Positions 1-9,825 of a stretch of 64,000 nt of DNA are shown here, piece by piece. Under the pieces are notes generated by a model. The model was not told the origin of the DNA. It did not search any database and saw only the letters and a program-made list of their open reading frames with translations. This DNA is from an uncultured Clostridia bacterium (GTDB taxonomy: Bacteria > Bacillota > Clostridia > Christensenellales > UBA1242). The stretch's first letter is position 1. Each line of letters opens with the position of its first letter. The translations under genes were made by a program, and so were the position numbers. Where the stretch lies: the NCBI GenBank assembly GCA_944376495.1, contig CALWCW010000068.1, forward strand, positions 14,456 to 78,455. The letters run 5' to 3'.

Positions 1-3000
1 TCAAGTGTTCTCTCTGCTTTTTCAAATTTATCTTCATTATGAGGTTCCTTAAGTGATTTTAATCTTTCTTCAGCAGTTTCTCTTCCTAAAATACGTCTAT
101 AAGTGCTTGCAATAAATGCAGAATTGACTTTTCCCGTGATAATACAATTTAAATATGTTTCCGCTTTATTATAAACACTCAATCTTGCTTGTAATTTTTC
201 TTCATCACGTTCTTCTCTCGGTAATTTTTCATAATCCGCCACGATTTGTTGTCTTATAAGTTCAATTCTTATCAAAGTTTTAACAATATTCTCAATTTCT
301 TTATCATTGAAATGTTTTGGAGCATGAGCCCTATATTCAGGGAATTGGTGTTCAAAAACCTCTTTCAAATATCCTGAATCAAATTCACTATCTTTAATAA
401 CAGGCTCAACACCTTGAATAAGTTTTGTGACATCAGAATAGTTGGCTTTGAATTGCTCATTTTTGGCAATTATTTCGTAAGCAGAAATAACTTTTTGAGC
501 ATTTTGATATTTTTGATATTCTTTTAATATATTTTCGTTTTTAGGATCAAGTGGTTGAGTTGTTCCACTAGCATTTTTTCGAGATATTGAAACAATTTCT
601 TGTTTGCTGTTGGTTTGAAATTCATAAATTCTTTCAAAGTGACGAACGTATTGATCTGCAAATCGTTTAGCGACTTCTGGATAAGAATTATCTCTACGTG
701 GGGTATCGCCAGGGGTAGGAATAAGAGATGATATATCTACTTTTCCTCTTTCTTCAATTTCTAAAAGGTCAGTTGCAAGTCCAAATTCTTGTCCTGCTTT
801 ATAAAGTTCTTCGACTGCTGCCGCATAATTTGTGGGGTAAGGATTTTTAGTGTTTTTATAAACAGGCTCTTGTCCAGTCCAAATTGTTTGAACGTATTGA
901 TTTATTGTGTTTTCAAGTTGAATATCATTTTCAGATAGTAAATCTTGATTGACTTCTTGACCTAAACCATGGATTGCTAAAGCACCTTCAGACCTATCAA
1001 AATAGGTCATAGTATATTCGCTTAAATAATTTTCTATTTGAGCAGTATGTTCATCTGTGTTCACTGTTGTTGAAAGAATTTCTGCAAAAGCCTCTTGGTC
1101 ATGCAAACGTCCAACTATTTCTGCTTGTTCTTTTGCAGAAGTTTTAATTGTTTCAAATGAATCAGAAAGTTCTTTTTGCTTATCTATCATGATTTGATAA
1201 ATATCATCTCTTTCTCCTTCAGGCACTTTTTGCAAAAGTTCTTCTATTTGATTAAATGATACACCTTCTTGTGCAGAATAGAATTTTAAAATAGTATCGC
1301 CATATCTTTCAAAGAAACGTTTTCTTGATTCAACATCAAATCCAGTGTGACCAACAAGACGTTCTATTCTTCCTGTATCGTTTTCATTATCAACAGCATT
1401 TAAGTAGAATTTTTGACGTCTTAAAAGTTCACGTTCTTTTCCTTGAGTTGTGTGAGCCTCTTGCATAGCAGTTAAAAATTCAACGAGTTGTGGTTGATTT
1501 TTTTCATCAAACATTTCAGAGATTTTTGCTCTTTCTTCTTGAGGAACGTCTTTAAAATAACCATCTATAAATTTATCAATTAATTGATTTTTTACCTTTG
1601 GATCGGTTTCTTGTCCAATCATTCTCATATCAGTTAAAAGTCCAGGGCGGGTAACGTTTCCATTTTCGTCAACACGGTCTTGTCTTATTGAATAGCCGTC
1701 CATTGATTGCAATTTTTTGAACCTCTCTTGAGGATTTACATTTGCAAATGTTGCACCATATTGGTTATATGCTTCTGCAAATTGTTTGGCTACGGCATTT
1801 CCGCCGTTTTCAAGTTCGTTTTGGACAAGTTTATCAACTTCAGCAAATTTTTCCAAAGTATTTTCATGAAGAAGGTCAAGTTCGTTTTCACGTTCAATAA
1901 ATTCTTCTTCTAAAGATTTAAATTGTTTATATTCTCTTTCTGCTTTTTTGTAAGGGTCCCAAATAAACTTATCTGCATAGACGGTTCCAGCCATTCCGAT
2001 AACTGTGAAAGCCGTTCCAAGAGATGCAAGAATTGGTCCAACACCTGGAATTAAAGCCGCAATGAACATTAGAAGTCCAAGGCTTGTTATGGCATTGCTT
2101 ATCGTTTCGACAGGTTTTTTCAAATCGATTTTTGGATAAATAGGGTCTGTCTTTGGAGCATCCTCTTGCTCTTCTTCTGATTTTTCTTCTTCATCTTTTT
2201 CACTTTCGCCACTTTCACCACTTTGGCTTTGCCTTATTTGGTCTTTATAAATGGTATTAAAAGAATCGTTGATTCTAGCCACATTATTATAAAGAGGCCC
2301 AACTTCTTCTTTTTTATCATCTGGCAGTGATTTATAATAATTATCGAAGTTAGTAAAAAGTCGAGTGAGTTGATCATAAACTTGAAAATAATTATTATTG
2401 ACACCATTAAAATTGTTGTGTATATCTTGAACTTTATTATATAAATCATTGATATCAGCAAGGATTCCATTTAAAGTAGGGTCAATATCAGAGTGATTTG
2501 ATTTGTAATCAGTGGCTACATTTTGAAGATTGCCAATTAAATCATAAAAATATGCGTCACCATTGCTTTCAAAACTTGCTTCTTTAGAAGAGGCATCATA
2601 TGTTCGTGGTTTGTTAATATATCTATAAGCAGTGTAATCACGGACATCTTCTTGATAAGATATGATTTTACGTTTATCAACATTGCCACTTGCATCTTGA
2701 GTATAAATAGTTTGTCCTATTCTATTTTTATCGCTTGCATTGTTTCTTTGTTTAACACCATTATTTGCAAGAGATTGAATGAAAGCACAATTTTCTTTTG
2801 ATAAAACTTTTTCAGTCTTGCCCTCTATTTCGACCTCTTCAGTTTGAAGGTCAATTGCATAGTAAAGAGGTTTTTTAGTCCCTCCAGTTGATAAAACAAG
2901 TCTTTGAGTTTGAGTTTCAGGATTATATTGGAAGAAATATTCACGAACTCTTTTACACGCACCATCAGTAAAAAGATATGTGCTTTTTCCACCTTCTTGA

Positions 3001-3686
3001 TTAGTTTGAGTTACCAAAACATAAGGAGCAGGTGAAGATCCTTTAAAATCAACCATATTAATATTGTATTTACCAAAATCCAAAGAAGCATTATTGTCAA
3101 GTTTTGCTGTATAAAGATATAGAAGATAACTTGGCATTTCAGTAATTGTTCTTGGAGTTTGAATTAAATCATTTTCATCATTAAGCATTGCCTCAATTAC
3201 ATCTTTTTTCATATTGACGTCAATACAATGCTGATTTTTTGTCGAATAAGAATAAACTTCTTCTCCATACTTAATATTTATGCCTGTTGCACTTGTAGTA
3301 ATCTCATAATCTTTTCCGTCTTTAGATTTAACTTTGACAACCATTTGTTCGGCTTTAGAAGAAATAGAAATAGGTCTTTGAGCATTTGTCCCTGGCTCAA
3401 TATTTAAAGTAAGTTCGTCTAAATCTTTTGCGATTTCGGTGTTTGTTATAGGGTTACCATTTTTATCGGTAAAAATATTTGGAATGTGAAGTTTAATTTT
3501 GTAACTATCACCTTCTTTTACAACCGAAAAGATTGACGTTGACTTGATTGCATCACCTTGAGGAAGTTGTCCTTTAAAATCTATAAGTGTTCCGTCACTT
3601 CCTCCTAAAGATTCTTCTAAAGTGACTGTTTGAGTTATTTTTTTATCTCCGACTTTTACATAATTGACAACTGAATTTGATTCCAT
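1..3686 (-). CDS. Large uncharacterised protein, 5' part only (1228 codons in window, continues past left edge); long soluble N-terminal region, central hydrophobic hairpin, long helical/charged region
   Basis: Absent from the ORF track because there is no stop in the window. ATG at 3686-3684 (MESNSVVNYVKVGDKK...) follows GGAGAG (3691-3696) and an in-frame TAA just upstream. I checked every codon of this frame down to position 3 and found no stop. Hydrophobic block: ..ISNAITSLGLLMFIAALIPGVGPILASLGTAFTVIGMAGTVY... No family recognised. Confidence 0.7.
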   Translation of the reverse strand, partial: MESNSVVNYVKVGDKKITQTVTLEESLGGSDGTLIDFKGQLPQGDAIKSTSIFSVVKEGDSYKIKLHIPNIFTDKNGNPITNTEIAKDLDELTLNIEPGTNAQRPISISSKAEQMVVKVKSKDGKDYEITTSATGINIKYGEEVYSYSTKNQHCIDVNMKKDVIEAMLNDENDLIQTPRTITEMPSYLLYLYTAKLDNNASLDFGKYNINMVDFKGSSPAPYVLVTQTNQEGGKSTYLFTDGACKRVREYFFQYNPETQTQRLVLSTGGTKKPLYYAIDLQTEEVEIEGKTEKVLSKENCAFIQSLANNGVKQRNNASDKNRIGQTIYTQDASGNVDKRKIISYQEDVRDYTAYRYINKPRTYDASSKEASFESNGDAYFYDLIGNLQNVATDYKSNHSDIDPTLNGILADINDLYNKVQDIHNNFNGVNNNYFQVYDQLTRLFTNFDNYYKSLPDDKKEEVGPLYNNVARINDSFNTIYKDQIRQSQSGESGESEKDEEEKSEEEQEDAPKTDPIYPKIDLKKPVETISNAITSLGLLMFIAALIPGVGPILASLGTAFTVIGMAGTVYADKFIWDPYKKAEREYKQFKSLEEEFIERENELDLLHENTLEKFAEVDKLVQNELENGGNAVAKQFAEAYNQYGATFANVNPQERFKKLQSMDGYSIRQDRVDENGNVTRPGLLTDMRMIGQETDPKVKNQLIDKFIDGYFKDVPQEERAKISEMFDEKNQPQLVEFLTAMQEAHTTQGKERELLRRQKFYLNAVDNENDTGRIERLVGHTGFDVESRKRFFERYGDTILKFYSAQEGVSFNQIEELLQKVPEGERDDIYQIMIDKQKELSDSFETIKTSAKEQAEIVGRLHDQEAFAEILSTTVNTDEHTAQIENYLSEYTMTYFDRSEGALAIHGLGQEVNQDLLSENDIQLENTINQYVQTIWTGQEPVYKNTKNPYPTNYAAAVEELYKAGQEFGLATDLLEIEERGKVDISSLIPTPGDTPRRDNSYPEVAKRFADQYVRHFERIYEFQTNSKQEIVSISRKNASGTTQPLDPKNENILKEYQKYQNAQKVISAYEIIAKNEQFKANYSDVTKLIQGVEPVIKDSEFDSGYLKEVFEHQFPEYRAHAPKHFNDKEIENIVKTLIRIELIRQQIVADYEKLPREERDEEKLQARLSVYNKAETYLNCIITGKVNSAFIASTYRRILGRETAEERLKSLKEPHNEDKFEKAERTL

Positions 3687-3965
3687 TTATCTCTCCTAAT
3701 TAATTAAGATTAATACTAATATAATTATATAATATCATTATTAAGGCCCATTGTCAAGTAAAGACTTTAAATAACTTTGTCAGACATATTTATTTTTCTT
3801 GTTATTTTAAGAATTTAAGACATAAACCTCTCAAACAAATTTAGAGAATTTTGGTTTAAAATGTCAAAATTTAATAAATTTACACTTAAAAAGATTATTT
3901 ATGCTTGCAATTATTTTGATTTTTCAAAAAAATTTGTTAAAATATCTTTACTTTAAGGAGAAAAA

Positions 3966-6701
3966 ATGGGACTTTTTGGAAATGAAAATAAAGCTCAAGT
4001 AAAAAAATTAAGAAAAATTGCTGATAAAGTAATTGCTTTAGAGGACAAATATAAAGATTATACGAATGAACAACTGCGAGCTTGCACTGATGAATTTAAA
4101 AATAGATATAAGGTTGGTGAAAGTCTTAATGACCTTTTACCTGAAGCATATGCTGTTGTCAGAGAAGCGGCAACAAGAGTTTTGAATATGCGTCATTTTT
4201 ATGTTCAAATTTTGGGTGGAATTGCTCTTCATCAAGGAAGAATTGCAGAAATGGCAACAGGTGAAGGTAAAACCTTGGTGGCGACTTTACCTGCTTATCT
4301 TAATGCTATCACAGGAAAAGGCGTTCACGTTGTGACAGTCAATGAATACCTTGCTAAACGTGATGCCGAGTGGATGGGAAAGGTTTATAAATTTCTTGGA
4401 CTTACTGTCGGGGTAACTTTAAACGGACAAAATGAGGAGCAAAAGAAAAAAGCATATCTTGCCGACATAACTTATTGCACAAATAATGAACTAGGTTTTG
4501 ACTATCTTCGTGACAACATGGCAAGAAGTAAGAATGAAAGAGTTCAAAGAGGATTAAATTTTGCAATAGTCGATGAGGTTGATAGCATTTTAATTGATGA
4601 AGCAAGAACACCTCTTATTATAAGCGGACGTGGCGGAAAATCTTCAGAAGGCTATGTTATAGCACAAAAATTTGTCAAAACTTTGAAAGAGGAATCTGAC
4701 GTTGAAATAGATGTAAAAACAAAACAAATCAATTTGACTGACAAAGGCATCTCAAAGGCAGAGGCTTTTTATAAGATTGACAGCCTTTCAGATATTGAAA
4801 ATCTTGAAATAAATCATTATATTAACAATGCACTACGTGCAAACTTTATCATGCACAGAGATGAAAATTATATTGTTAATAAAGATAAAGAAGTGGTTAT
4901 TGTTGATGAGTTTACTGGTCGTTTATCTCCTGGACGTAGATTTTCATCTGGACTTCATCAAGCAATTGAGGCTAAAGAGGGAGTCGATATAAAAGATGAA
5001 AACCAAACTTTTGCGACAATAACATTCCAAAATTTCTTTAGATTATATTCAAAATTATCTGGTATGACAGGAACTGCTAAAACAGAAGAAGGGGAATTTA
5101 GAACAATTTATAATTTAGATGTTGTTATTATTCCACCAAACCTTCCAAAACAGAGAATAGATTATCCTGACATCATGTATGTTACAGAAAAAGGAAAAAT
5201 TCCTGCAATTATTGAAGAAATTAAGGAATGTCAAAAGAAAGGACAGCCAGTTTTGGTCGGAACAATAAACATTGATAAGTCAGAAGAACTTTCAAAAGAA
5301 CTTAAGCATGCTGGCATCAAACATCAAGTTTTGAATGCCAAAAACAACGAAAAGGAAAGCGAAATTGTTGCTCAAGCAGGAAGAAAGGGTGCGGTCACTA
5401 TTGCTACTAATATGGCAGGTAGAGGAACTGATATTTTACTTGGCGGTAACCCTGAATTTATGGCTACTAAGGAAATGAGAGAAAAGGGATTTAGCGAAGA
5501 AGAAATCTCATATGCAACCGCATTTAACTATGTTGATGATGAAAAATTAAATCAAGCAAGAGATGAATATAAAAAACTTTATGCAGAGTATAAAAAGGTT
5601 ACAGATAATGAAAAAGAAGAAGTAAAAAAGGTTGGCGGATTGCATATTGTCGGCACTGAAAGACATGAATCACGACGAATTGATAATCAGCTTCGTGGTC
5701 GTGCTGGACGTCAAGGTGACCCAGGTTCTAGTGTATTCTTCATATCTCTTGATGACGACCTTTTCAAAAGATTTGCTACTGATAAACTTAAAAAAGTGCT
5801 TTCGATTTTCAAATTTGATGAAAATATGCCAATTCAAATGAAAATGATTTCACGTCAAGTTGAAGCATCTCAAAAGAAGATAGAACTTCAAAACTTTGGA
5901 ATTAGAAAGACAGTTTTACAATTTGATGATGTTATGAATAAACAAAGAGAAATCATTTATCAAGAGCGAAATGAGGTTTTAGATGGAAAACCTGTCCATG
6001 ACCAAATTATGAGAATGTTCCCTGAAGTTGTTGCTAAAGCAGTTTATAAAGTAATAAGCGATGATAAACCTTATTATCAATGGGATTTACAAGCACTAAA
6101 TAAAGAGTTAGAAAATGGATTGCTTGAAAAAGATAGCAATCAAATTACAGAAGAATTTGTTGAAGAGTGTGACGCACAAGATGTAATTGAAAAAGTGCTT
6201 GACCTTATTGATAAACGTTATAAAGAACGTCAAGAGGAAGTTAAGGAAATTGGAGCAAACTTTGAAGATATTGAAAGAAATGTGCTTTTGCGTATGGTTG
6301 ATATAAATTGGATGAGTCAAATTGAAGATATGCAAATCATGAAAGATGAGATAATTTCAAGACAGTTTGGGCAACAAGACCCTGTTCTTGCTTATAAGAA
6401 AGAAGGGTTTGAAATGTTTGATAATATGATTTATAAGATTAAAGAAAACACTTGTAAAGTATTATTAAACGCTAAAATTCAACAAGCACCAACAGTTCCA
6501 CAGCCACAACCAGTAAAAATTATGTTTACAGGCAAAGAATTGACTCCAGAAGAAAGAGCCGCACAAAAAGCAAAAGGGAAATTGCAAGTTCAAAAAACAG
6601 TTTATAATGATAAACCAAAAGCGGGCAGAAATGACCCTTGCCCATGCGAAAGTGGAAAAAAATATAAAAATTGTTGTTGGGATAAAGACCATATTTCATA
6701 A
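3966..6701 (+). CDS. secA: Preprotein translocase ATPase SecA
   Basis: 911 aa. Shows the DEAD-like motor (MATGEGKTLVATLPAYLNA, DEVDSILIDEARTPLIISG) and the C-terminal zinc finger CPCESGKKYKNCC. GGAG RBS upstream. Confidence 0.97.
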   Translation: MGLFGNENKAQVKKLRKIADKVIALEDKYKDYTNEQLRACTDEFKNRYKVGESLNDLLPEAYAVVREAATRVLNMRHFYVQILGGIALHQGRIAEMATGEGKTLVATLPAYLNAITGKGVHVVTVNEYLAKRDAEWMGKVYKFLGLTVGVTLNGQNEEQKKKAYLADITYCTNNELGFDYLRDNMARSKNERVQRGLNFAIVDEVDSILIDEARTPLIISGRGGKSSEGYVIAQKFVKTLKEESDVEIDVKTKQINLTDKGISKAEAFYKIDSLSDIENLEINHYINNALRANFIMHRDENYIVNKDKEVVIVDEFTGRLSPGRRFSSGLHQAIEAKEGVDIKDENQTFATITFQNFFRLYSKLSGMTGTAKTEEGEFRTIYNLDVVIIPPNLPKQRIDYPDIMYVTEKGKIPAIIEEIKECQKKGQPVLVGTINIDKSEELSKELKHAGIKHQVLNAKNNEKESEIVAQAGRKGAVTIATNMAGRGTDILLGGNPEFMATKEMREKGFSEEEISYATAFNYVDDEKLNQARDEYKKLYAEYKKVTDNEKEEVKKVGGLHIVGTERHESRRIDNQLRGRAGRQGDPGSSVFFISLDDDLFKRFATDKLKKVLSIFKFDENMPIQMKMISRQVEASQKKIELQNFGIRKTVLQFDDVMNKQREIIYQERNEVLDGKPVHDQIMRMFPEVVAKAVYKVISDDKPYYQWDLQALNKELENGLLEKDSNQITEEFVEECDAQDVIEKVLDLIDKRYKERQEEVKEIGANFEDIERNVLLRMVDINWMSQIEDMQIMKDEIISRQFGQQDPVLAYKKEGFEMFDNMIYKIKENTCKVLLNAKIQQAPTVPQPQPVKIMFTGKELTPEERAAQKAKGKLQVQKTVYNDKPKAGRNDPCPCESGKKYKNCCWDKDHIS

Positions 6702-6836
6702 TGTCATAATAAAAATTTTTCAATATTCAAGCATGAAATTAAGTTATATTGAATAAATTTAAAAAAAACAAAAAATATTGTGCATTTGTTTTGAAAAACT
6801 TTTCTTTTATGATAAAATCATTTCATAGGAGCATTC

Positions 6837-7118
6837 ATGAAGAGTTATACTTATCCTGCTATTTTTATTAAAGACCAAGAAAATGATGGTTATCAAGTGT
6901 TGTTTCCAGATTTAGAGGTTACAACAAAAGGTGAATTTATTGAAGAAGCTTTCTTGTATGCAAAAGCAACTTTAAAAGCATACTTTGTTTATATTGAAAA
7001 ATATGACCTTGATTTTAATATGCCTACAGAATATGAAATTGTAAAAAGTGCATGCGGACAAGATGAAATTGTTATGCTTGTAGATGTGGATGTTAATGAA
7101 AATGACTATGAGGAATAA
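6837..7118 (+). CDS. HicB-like (UPF0150 antitoxin-fold) small protein, no partner toxin visible
   Basis: 93 aa. The N-terminus YPAIFIKDQENDGYQVLFPDLEVTTKGEFIEEAFLYAKATLKAY matches the HicB N-domain pattern from memory. There is no DNA-binding tail and no adjacent hicA-size ORF. Confidence 0.5.
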   Translation: MKSYTYPAIFIKDQENDGYQVLFPDLEVTTKGEFIEEAFLYAKATLKAYFVYIEKYDLDFNMPTEYEIVKSACGQDEIVMLVDVDVNENDYEE

Positions 7119-7155
7119 AATTTTATATATTTTTTGTAAAATTTTTAATTAATTG

Positions 7156-7184
7156 TTGACAATTATTTTAGTATGTGTTATTAT
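7156..7184 (+). promoter_or_regulatory. Sigma-A type promoter of the rpmG-secE-nusG operon
   Basis: TTGACA (7156-7161), 17-nt spacer, TGtTATTAT extended -10 (7176-7184). Confidence 0.5.
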
Positions 7185-7188
7185 ATAA

Positions 7189-7221
7189 CTAGCACTTTCC
7201 GAGAGGGGTGTTAGTTTTTTT
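7189..7221 (+). promoter_or_regulatory. Terminator-like hairpin plus T7 in the rpmG leader (possible attenuator)
   Basis: CTAGCAC (7189-7195) pairs with GTGTTAG (7208-7214, one G-U), followed by TTTTTTT (7215-7221). It lies between the promoter and the rpmG RBS. Confidence 0.3.
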
Positions 7222-7236
7222 GTTAGGAGAAGAAAA

Positions 7237-7398
7237 ATGGCATTACCAAAACGTAAAAATATTATACTTGCTTGCACAGAGTGTCAAGAAAGAAATTATG
7301 CAACAAGCAAAAACACAGCTGCAAATCCTGAAAGAATTGAAATTGTTAAATTTTGCTCACGTTGCGGGAAAAGAACTGTTCATAAAGAAACAAAATAG
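7237..7398 (+). CDS. rpmG: 50S ribosomal protein L33
   Basis: Hand-translated 53 aa: [53 protein letters not shown]. Shows the CxxC...CxxC zinc ribbon and an AGGAGA RBS. It is below the 60-aa cut-off of the ORF track, which lists a spurious 7208..7402 frame instead. Confidence 0.9.
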   Translation: MALPKRKNIILACTECQERNYATSKNTAANPERIEIVKFCSRCGKRTVHKETK

Positions 7399-7413
7399 TT
7401 AATCGGAGGTTTT

Positions 7414-7842
7414 ATGGCAAAAAATAAAAAATCACAGAAACCAAAGAAAAATGTGACAGAAGCTGTAACGCCTTCTGATGTTTCTATTGAAACTGAAACT
7501 CAAAATCAAGTAAATGAAATTGAAAATAGTGAAGAAACAGTAGAAACAAAACAGGTTGCTGTTGAAAAAGAACAAGACAACAAGAAGCAAAATAACAGCA
7601 AAGATAATGACAAAAACAAAAAAGATAAAGAGGGCAAAAACAAAAAGAAACCTAAAAAGGAAAAGGGCAAATTAAAAAGAAAGACAAAAGAAACCTTTTC
7701 TGAACTTAAAAAAGTGACTTGGCCAACTTTTGGTGAAGTTTGCAAAAAAACAGGTGTCGTATTGGTTGTTGTTCTTATTTTTGCAGTTGTTATTTTTGGG
7801 ATTGATTATTGTTTAGGCCTACTTGTTGGGTTGTTAAGATAA
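7414..7842 (+). CDS. secE: Preprotein translocase subunit SecE with a ~95-aa Lys/Glu/Asn-rich N-terminal extension
   Basis: The C-terminus ELKKVTWPTFGEVCKKTGVVLVVVLIFAVVIFGIDYCLGLL is the canonical SecE TM segment. The position between rpmG and nusG fits. GGAGG RBS. Confidence 0.85.
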   Translation: MAKNKKSQKPKKNVTEAVTPSDVSIETETQNQVNEIENSEETVETKQVAVEKEQDNKKQNNSKDNDKNKKDKEGKNKKKPKKEKGKLKRKTKETFSELKKVTWPTFGEVCKKTGVVLVVVLIFAVVIFGIDYCLGLLVGLLR

Positions 7843-7853
7843 GAGAGGTTGAA

Positions 7854-8549
7854 ATGGAAGAAGAAACAATTTTAAACCAAAATCAAGTTGAAAATGAAAC
7901 TCAACAAATTAGTGAAGATTCTTTAGAAAATGCTGCAAAAGAAACTAAAGCAGAAAATTTGGAAGAAAGTTCTACGCAAACTGAAGAACTTAATGATGAC
8001 CAAATCGCCTATAAAGAATTTGTAGATTCTCTTCCAACGCATTGGTATGTGTTGCATACTTTTTCAGGGTATGAAAATGTTGCGAAAGAGAATTTGGAAA
8101 CTATGGTTGAAAAATTCAACTTGCAAGATAGAATTTTTGACATTATCATTCCTATGGAAGATGTCGTTGAAGAAAAAAATGGCAAAAAGAAACTTGTTCA
8201 AAGAAAATCAATGCCTTGTTATATCTTTATAAAGATGAAATATGCAGATGATATTTGGCATAATGTTATAAGAACACGTGGTGTTACTGGCTTTGCTGGG
8301 CCAAAAGGCCGTCCATTGCCACTCCCTGAACATGATATAATGAAATTTAAACTTGAAAAAATTAAGGTTGATGTTGACCTTTCAGTAAATGATAAAGTTG
8401 AGATTATAGATGGACCATTAAACGGACAAGTTGGGACTGTTTTATCAATTATTACAGAAACAGGTATTGTCAGTGTAGAAGTTGAAATGTTTGGTCGTGA
8501 AACCGCTGTTGACGTTGAAATTTCACAAGTTCGTAAAATTAATGCCTAA
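7854..8549 (+). CDS. nusG: Transcription termination/antitermination factor NusG (about 60-aa acidic N-terminal extension)
   Basis: NGN domain WYVLHTFSGYENVAKENLE and a KOW region (VEIIDGPLNGQVGTV). I prefer ATG 7854 (GAGAGG RBS, just after the secE stop) over the track start at 7809, which overlaps secE. Confidence 0.9.
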   Translation: MEEETILNQNQVENETQQISEDSLENAAKETKAENLEESSTQTEELNDDQIAYKEFVDSLPTHWYVLHTFSGYENVAKENLETMVEKFNLQDRIFDIIIPMEDVVEEKNGKKKLVQRKSMPCYIFIKMKYADDIWHNVIRTRGVTGFAGPKGRPLPLPEHDIMKFKLEKIKVDVDLSVNDKVEIIDGPLNGQVGTVLSIITETGIVSVEVEMFGRETAVDVEISQVRKINA

Positions 8550-8636
8550 TTTTAATTTAGTTAAAGCATAAAGTTAGATATTTTAGACTGAAAAGTTTAA
8601 ATATTGTCCAAGCATGACATTAAACTGCTATAGGAA

Positions 8637-8673
8637 TGTGGGAGAACGGAACTGCTACCGTTTGCTTACCACA
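8637..8673 (+). promoter_or_regulatory. Possible L1-binding leader hairpin of the rplK-rplA mRNA
   Basis: TGTGG-GAG-AACGG-(loop)-CCGTT-TGCTTA-CCACA forms a helix with an asymmetric internal loop containing GGGAG, immediately 5' of the rplK RBS. The resemblance to the L1 autoregulatory site is from memory only. Confidence 0.3.
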
Positions 8674-8687
8674 AAAGGAGGGAAAAA

Positions 8688-9116
8688 ATGGCAGAGAAAA
8701 AAATTGCTGCAGTTGTAAAATTACAACTCGATGCAGGTAAAGCCACTCCAGGACCTCCAGTTGGTTCTACGTTAGGACCTCATGGAATAAACCTTGGTGC
8801 CTTTACAAAAGAATTTAATGAGAAGACAGCTTCTCAAGCAGGACTTAAAATTCCTGTAGTAGTGACTATCTATGCAGATAGAAGCTTTTCGTTTGTGCTC
8901 AAAACTCCACCAGCAGCTATTCTTATTATGAAGGCTATTGGACTTGAAAAGGGTTCTGCAGTTCCAAACAAAACAAAAGTCGGACAAATTACTAAAGCAC
9001 AAGTTAGACAAATAGCCGAAACAAAAATGCCTGATTTGAATTGCACATCAATTGAATCTGCTATGTCTATGATTGAAGGTGCCGCTCGTAGTATGGGCGT
9101 CGTTGTAGTTGACTAA
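8688..9116 (+). CDS. rplK: 50S ribosomal protein L11
   Basis: 142 aa. [37 protein letters not shown] is the typical L11 N-domain. Confidence 0.97.
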   Translation: MAEKKIAAVVKLQLDAGKATPGPPVGSTLGPHGINLGAFTKEFNEKTASQAGLKIPVVVTIYADRSFSFVLKTPPAAILIMKAIGLEKGSAVPNKTKVGQITKAQVRQIAETKMPDLNCTSIESAMSMIEGAARSMGVVVVD

Positions 9117-9127
9117 GGAGGGCGAAA

Positions 9128-9808
9128 ATGAAAGTTACAAAAAAACAAGCTCAAGCAAATGAGATGATTACTCAAAAATCTTATGATGTAGCAAGCGGAT
9201 TTGAAACTCTTTTATCTCTTCCTAAAGCGAAATTTGATGAAACAGTTGAACTTCATGTTAGACTTGGTGTAGATGGAAAAAATGCTGACCAACAAGTTAG
9301 AGGTGTTTGTATTCTTCCTCATGGAACAGGAAAAACACTAAAAGTTCTTGTTATCGCTAAAGGTGATAAGGCTGACGATGCTGTTAAAGCAGGTGCTGAT
9401 TATGTTGGTGCAGAAGAAATTGTTGCTAAAATTCAAGGTGGATGGCTTGATTTCGACGTTTGTATCACAACTCCTGATATGATGGGTGTTGTTGGACGTG
9501 TTGCTAGAGTTTTAGGACCAAAAGGTTTAATGCCAAATCCAAAGAGCGGAACTGTTACTATGGACGTTACAAAGGCTATCAATGATGCAAAAGCTGGTAA
9601 AGTTGAATACAGACTTGATAAAACAAATAACGTTCATGTAATTTTAGGAAAAGTTAGTTTTGGAAAAGAGAAGTTAATTGATAACTTTAATACAGTAATT
9701 GAGGCTTTAATTAAGGCTAAACCAGCAGCAGCAAAAGGACAATATCTAAAGAATGTTGCAATTGCTACTACAATGGGACCTGGACTTAAATTAAACGTTA
9801 CAATGTAA
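9128..9808 (+). CDS. rplA: 50S ribosomal protein L1
   Basis: 226 aa. Motifs: [24 protein letters not shown] and [15 protein letters not shown]. Confidence 0.97.
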   Translation: MKVTKKQAQANEMITQKSYDVASGFETLLSLPKAKFDETVELHVRLGVDGKNADQQVRGVCILPHGTGKTLKVLVIAKGDKADDAVKAGADYVGAEEIVAKIQGGWLDFDVCITTPDMMGVVGRVARVLGPKGLMPNPKSGTVTMDVTKAINDAKAGKVEYRLDKTNNVHVILGKVSFGKEKLIDNFNTVIEALIKAKPAAAKGQYLKNVAIATTMGPGLKLNVTM

Positions 9809-9825
9809 TTAAATAATGTTTAAGA

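Noticed and set aside
6837-7118. HicAB toxin-antitoxin module
   Set aside because: Only the HicB-like N-domain protein is present. No hicA-size ORF lies on either side, and the protein lacks a DNA-binding C-terminal domain. It is an orphan HicB-fold protein, not a TA system.
7208-7402. 64-aa ORF in the track at the rpmG position
   Set aside because: It is the wrong frame. The +1 frame from ATG 7237 gives a canonical L33 with an RBS.
7809-7853. Upstream start for nusG overlapping secE
   Set aside because: The extension MFRPTCWVVKIREVE lies inside secE coding sequence and has no RBS. ATG 7854 follows the secE stop and a GAGAGG RBS. Similar N-terminal trimming was applied to rplJ (46787 to 46694), the giant gene (20107 to 20056), the collagen-like gene, the ThyX-like gene, gerA, and the genes starting at 31067, 28959 and 51437.
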